The translations under genes were made by a program, and so were the position numbers. Of a stretch of DNA of 64,000 nucleotides, positions 58,496 through 64,000 are shown one piece after another (position 1 is the stretch's first letter; each line of letters opens with the position of its first letter). Source of the stretch: Octopus vulgaris (lineage: Eukaryota); assembly GCA_951406725.2 (NCBI GenBank), contig OX597815.1, positions 83,390,001-83,454,000 of the forward strand. The letters are read 5' to 3'. Below the pieces are notes generated by a model. That model was not told the origin of the DNA. It saw only the letters and a list, made by a program, of their open reading frames with translations, and made no database searches.

Positions 58496-59034
58496 TATGT
58501 GTGTGTGCCTTTGTGGCTGAGTTTGTAGGAAAAGTGTAAGAAATTGTCTATAAAGGAGTCTGGGTAGTGGGAGACCCTAAATCAATATGTTAATTACTAG
58601 TTAAACGGGCAAGACGCTAATAAAACATAGGATATTAATACAGAGGAAATTATCATGGGGTCCAATGGGTCAATGTATATATATATATATATATTTATAT
58701 ATATAATATTGTTATGTTGTATGAAGATAATATTTAAGATTACTAAAATTGATATTTTAATCAGAATAGATAACCTATGGAAGATTACATAGAATTATTT
58801 TATCACTCATTCTTGTACTTAATTATTTACTTATAAAGTGGTTTCTATAAAGATTGCTCTGGGTATTCACTTATGGAACACTGGAGCGATAAATCATGAT
58901 ATCTATATATATATATATTTATATGTGTATGTATGTATATATATGTGTGTATGCATGCATATATATATATGTGTGTGTGTATGTATATATGTATACGAAT
59001 ATTTATACCCCCACACACCCATATATATATATAT

Positions 59035-59071
<37 letters not shown>

Positions 59072-59159
59072 TAGACAAACAGACAGAAGAGATAGTCTTA
59101 TAGATATATAGATAGACAGAATACACTTGCTAGTGCTCAAGAAATTTTAACTTGAGCAG

Positions 59160-59540
59160 GTACATGAGTAAATGTAGAGACCAGCAAGTAAATCAAGTCG
59201 ATATACCAAAAATGTTAAATATATTTAGTACGGAGAATGTACATATGTATACATATAAAACTAGTGTGACTTACACTAAATAGAGTTGATATCAGAAATT
59301 AATGGTGTTATGCATGAGTTTTACAAGTCCAACAGACGGATTGGTGGTCCCAAATAATACTCACAGAAACAGCTGTTAGACTCGTAAAACTGCTACTCAA
59401 CCCCCTTAATTTCTGATTTTATTTCCATTTTGTGTAATTCGGACTTCTTTTATATGTATACATATGTACAGGCTTTGTATTAAATATATTTAATACGAAT
59501 AAATTAACTTACATGTAACATTTACATTTACTCATATATA
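59160..59540. repeat. Imperfect foldback of ~170-bp arms, probably an inverted PLE terminal repeat
   Basis: Mirror blocks atgagtaaatgta/tacatttactcat, tgtacatatgtatacatataaaa/ttttatatgtatacatatgtaca and atcagaaattaa/ttaatttctgat; gaaacagctgtt near the centre. Confidence 0.7.
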
Positions 59541-59542
59541 TG

Positions 59543-59603
<61 letters not shown>

Positions 59604-59949
59604 ATGTGTTTCTGTATGTACGTACGTATATATACAAAACACGAGAGATGATGGAGGTAAGATTAATAAAATTTTGTTATCATTGAAAAGACCAGACCTA
59701 CAATTGTTTCAATTCATCATTTGTAGCATAAAAATTAACCAAATTTAATTTGATTTAACTAAATTAATTTGGTTAATTACTACAAGTGATAATATCTACA
59801 GGGAAGGATGCAATAAGAAATTTATATTTAAAACAAAATGATAACATAAAAAGAGGAAGAATACAGTGTACCATTATAGTTTAAAAAATATACAGAGTTA
59901 TAAAAAATATAGTTAGTCATAAATTAATATAAATATAGCGACCACGGTT

Positions 59950-60722
59950 TACACTGAAGGAGCATGAGGAAAACGTCTATAAAGACCCTAAAGTTAGATT
60001 GATTTGCCCAGGCCGATCTGATTTCGGTAAACTTAGTGAACACATTGTAGATAAATACATACCTATAGCTAGGAAAAAATATTAATCTTGAATTATAATC
60101 TAACGCCTACCATCCTTTAAATTGATTTGCTAATATTACTAATGAGAATAAATATAAATTCTTAAAAGCGGATATTAGTAGTTACTACTCACCTATTAAC
60201 CGTATAGTTCTTGATAAAGTACTGATTTTTTAAAGAAATTTTACTAATATTAGCAAAGAGGAAATCAATATTATATTAACTGCAAGGCAATCTCTGATTA
60301 GATTTGATAATTAAAACTGGGCTGCTAAGAACACTTAAAATTGTTTCGATATTACAAATGGGATCTGCCGACTCTGCCCAGATTTCTAATATCCCAAATT
60401 AATAGTGCCCAGGTTACTGCTATCCCAAATTAATTGTGAATTCCCTGAATACATTGGTGGTCTTTATCGAGAGGATACCCTCTTTGCTATTAAAAATACG
60501 TCTCCTAAGAAACTAGTCTTGAATAAGAAAAATCTGCATACATTTTTTATGAAGAATGCTTTAATTATTTCTGTTGTAAAAAAATTACTTTTCTGCAGAC
60601 TTTTTGGATGCTAGTCTTAATCTTGTAACTGGCAAGCATGAACCATTTCATAAAACAAATACAAGTTTAAGATACATCAAGTATAATAGCAATCATCTTG
60701 CTGCAATTAGAAATACATTAAT
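59950..60722 (+). pseudogene. Decayed PLE reverse transcriptase
   Basis: PKVRLICPGRSD, KADISSYYSPIN, EINIILTARQS, MGSADSAQI, GGLYREDTL, FLDASLNL and YNSNH, collinear with ORF 8647-10170. Confidence 0.85.
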
Positions 60723-60762
60723 TAAAATAATAATAACAACAACAACAACAACAATAATAATG

Positions 60763-60815
<53 letters not shown>

Positions 60816-60966
60816 TACAATCCTTTCTTCTCTAGGCACAAAGCTTAAAATTTTGTGGAAGAGAACTACTCGATTACATCTACCCTAATCAACCCAAAAA
60901 GATGGTGGAGAGGTAAATTCAGTGTAATTTGAATTATATATATACACATACACTCATATGTGTATG

Positions 60967-61004
<38 letters not shown>

Positions 61005-61260
61005 TACGTGTGTGTATGTATGTATGAGGATGTATATGTCTATATATCTATTTATATAAAAATGTTTATATATCATTTCTCTCTATATATTTTACTTAAA
61101 TTTTTATTTATCCATATCTTGATATTTTTATGTTTATGAGTATTCATCTACCTATTAGTGTTTGTGTATGTATATATGCATGTGATGGATATATATGCAT
61201 ATGATGTATGTATGTATGCAAATATATATATATGTATGTATTGATGTGTATATATGCGTA

Positions 61261-61312
<52 letters not shown>

Positions 61313-61606
61313 TATATATATATTATTTTTATCCCTATGTTTTTTATTTATGCATATCCTAATATTTAAATCCCTTTTTCTCAATTTGTCTTATATATTT
61401 TTGCTTTAATTTTTCTTTATCCATATCTTTATATATACACTTACTTTTATATTATTATATTTGTGGATCTATTCATCTACCTATTAGTGTTTATGTGTGT
61501 ATGTCCATATGTTTTCTCTATATGCATATAACTTTGTATGTGTGAATATCAATTTATGTTTAAATATGTATATATATATATATATATTTGTATGTTTATG
61601 TATGTA

Positions 61607-62414
61607 CTAGCAGCATAGCCCGGCGTTGCCCGGGTATGTAAGAGCCCCTAGTAGGCAACGACTAATCCCAATCTAGTCTTTTCCCTCTAGGGAACGAAGG
61701 CGCATGTGTAGGTTGCAATGTCTTCTCTTTACTCCCAAATAACTACCAAACAGCTATCGATAATTCAACCCAACCAATTCCTACCAGGAAGAAATTATAT
61801 TCAAGACTTTACCTCCAACACTGCCACTTCTGCTAATAGCTGCTGCAGCCGCAAGTTATTCGAATATTGTTTTTTGTTTACACTTTTTTTATAACTACCA
61901 CCCCAAACGTTTTACCTTAAATTTTTGACGTACCCTAAGGGTCCTCGGACGCTACTTGCAAACTCTTGGTTTATTATAAACCGCTTTTGTCGTGTGCACC
62001 AAAAACCCTTTTCCATTCGTTTGTTCAGCTTGGTCACTTTTGACTTTTTCGTTGTTGTCACTCACATTGCTGCCCGCTTTTTTGCCGTTTTTGTACATTT
62101 TTATACATTTTGGGATACTTACTCCACGTGTTCCGAGAGTTAAAAAGGTCGATTTGCGTCCCCTAGACAGTCTGTAGAAAATGTGTTGCATATAAAAAGC
62201 TTAGATTCTCGACCCATGTCGAATTTATCGATTTTTTTTCAAAACTGGGGGAACTTTTCAAAATTTTCGCTCCGTTAGTTTTGAATTATGACATTGGGCT
62301 ATGTGTGTGTCAAGTTTCATCAGAATCGGTTGAAAGCCGTGGTCAGGGTGAGAGTACAACCTGACGGACACACAGACACACAGACAGACAAACTGCCGTT
62401 TATATATAGAGAGA
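61607..62414 (-). mobile_element. Non-autonomous Helitron, 808 bp
   Basis: Minus strand begins TC (A|tctctctatatataaa) and ends with a GC-rich hairpin cccgggcaacgccggg, 8 nt, then CTAG|T. Inserted at an AT dinucleotide with no TSD; (gtct)n near the 5' end. Confidence 0.85.
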
Positions 62415-62426
62415 TATGTGTATGCA

Positions 62427-62464
<38 letters not shown>

Positions 62465-62465
<1 letters not shown>

Positions 62466-62622
62466 TTTATTTAAAGCAGCAGAAAATTCAACAAAATCTG
62501 TTTCTCTGAGTTTCTCGTTGCCGTTCATCAGACAGTTTTTGCTAGCAAAAACTGTCTGATGAACGGCAACGAGAAACTCAGAGAAACAGATTTTGTTGAA
62601 TTTTCTGCTGCTTTAAATAAAG
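62465..62622. repeat. Perfect 158-bp palindrome (79-bp arms, no spacer) containing a hammerhead-like motif
   Basis: Centre ..tttttgct|agcaaaaa.. at 62543/62544; the right arm runs on to ~62693 and then (TA)n. Confidence 0.95.
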
Positions 62623-63035
62623 CATATTACTCTACCACTGGTATTTGAGTACTCTTTTTTCCACCTTGTTTCACATTTATGTGTTTACTCCGGTATATAT
62701 ATATATATATATACAGATGTGTGTGTGTGTCTATCTAAATGTATTCGGATATATATATATATGTGTGTGTGTATGTGTGTGTACATGTATATTTATATAT
62801 TTAGGTGGGTATATACAAAACTATTTAGAGAAACTAGTTTAACTAGTTTAAATAATTCATGATATGTATAACAATTTTCTTTTCTTTTTGGGTGGGTATA
62901 TGCATAACTATCTGTAGAATCTATTTTAAATAACTTAATTTATTGTATGTATAAATATGTATAAATTTTCCATCATTTTCCATATTTTCCATATTTTTGT
63001 AGGTATGTATCTGTGCAAATGTATATCTACGTGTA

Positions 63036-63093
<58 letters not shown>

Positions 63094-63487
63094 CGTATGT
63101 GCATATGTATTTTTACAAATATTAATATAAGTGTATGTGTATGCTTTTGCAGGATTATTGGTACATATGAATATTTAGATTTGTATAATTAGCATTTAAA
63201 TAGTACATATAATATTAGTTTCACTAATTATCTTCTATATTATTTTCATTCCAACCTTCACTTAATAATACATCTTATGCTTTTGTTGTGTCTCCGCGTC
63301 GTTTTTCTCTTCTTCAGTCCTAATATATGGAAGCTCATTTCAGCACATTCTATTTTCCCTTAATCTTCATATATACTCCCTTTGTCTTCCTATTAATTAA
63401 TTAATTAATTATGTCAACAATGCTTAGCCTTATATTTGTATATGTGTGTGTATATGTATTAATATATATGTATATATATATGTATGC

Positions 63488-63549
<62 letters not shown>

Positions 63550-63879
63550 GATGGGGGGAGAGAGTGTGTGTGTGTACATGTATTACGTGCATGTGTGTAT
63601 ATTGTTTCTATTGAATACCTAATTATTTCACTTTTATATACCCATAATTTAATAAATAGTCTATTGCTTTTAACACATTGCCACCAGCTTCGGTGTCTTG
63701 CATGGTTGTGCCTACATTAGCATTATTTATATTAATTTATCAATAACTATATATTTTTATAACTGTTCCTATTTGTATAAAAGTGTATATGCTTTTAACT
63801 ATAATGGTACTCTGTATATTTCCTCTTTTTATGCTTTCATTTTATTTTACATATAATAAATTTCTTTGTGTGCATCCTT

Positions 63880-63986
63880 CCCTGAAGATATTCTCACTTG
63901 TAGTAATAAACCAAATTAATTTAGTTAAATTAACTTAAATTCGGTTACTTTTTATGCTGCAAGTGATGAATTGAAACAATTGTAGG
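63880..63986 (+). ncRNA. Hammerhead-like motif with very long stem II
   Basis: cc-CUGAAGA-uauuc-ucacuuguag...cugcaaguga-ugaauu-GAAA-caauug-UA-gg; palindromic ACAAUUGU stem III, but stem I is only 2 bp. Confidence 0.6.
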
Positions 63987-64000
63987 TCTGGTCTTGTCAA

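Larger units (their letters stand above)
59636..64000 (+). mobile_element. Old PLE (same group as 6740-10170) with inverted 5' pLTR, interrupted by nested insertions
   Basis: 59683-59935 is an inverted copy of 63725-64000; RT remnant at 59950-60722; possible endonuclease tail (IEYLII..NLIN..HCH) at ~63605-63720. Confidence 0.72.

Overview
AT-rich, microsatellite-saturated animal genomic DNA, most likely an octopus: the SINE families and the (TA)n/(CA)n/(TAA)n load resemble Octopus genomes (inference). No complete host gene was recognised. Most ORFs in the track are microsatellite artefacts or transposon fragments. DNA transposons: one near-intact DD34D mariner with perfect 37-bp TIRs, a decayed mariner, a decayed DD41D element, a mariner MITE and a non-autonomous Helitron. 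Non-LTR retrotransposons: six R4/Dong-like (RLE) fragments, several bounded by (TAA)n, plus RTE- and CR1-like LINE remnants and many SINEs. There are also at least four Penelope-like elements (PLEs) from two clades. The most notable hidden layer is RNA structure: about nine hammerhead-ribozyme motifs tied to PLE ends. These are minimal forms in a discrete ~200-bp element, forms with a greatly extended stem II (two share an identical 11-mer), and one in a perfect 158-bp palindrome. A weak three-exon candidate lies on the minus strand at 44.5-46.1 kb, and there is a 100-N scaffold gap at 52205-52304. Boundaries of decayed repeats are approximate.
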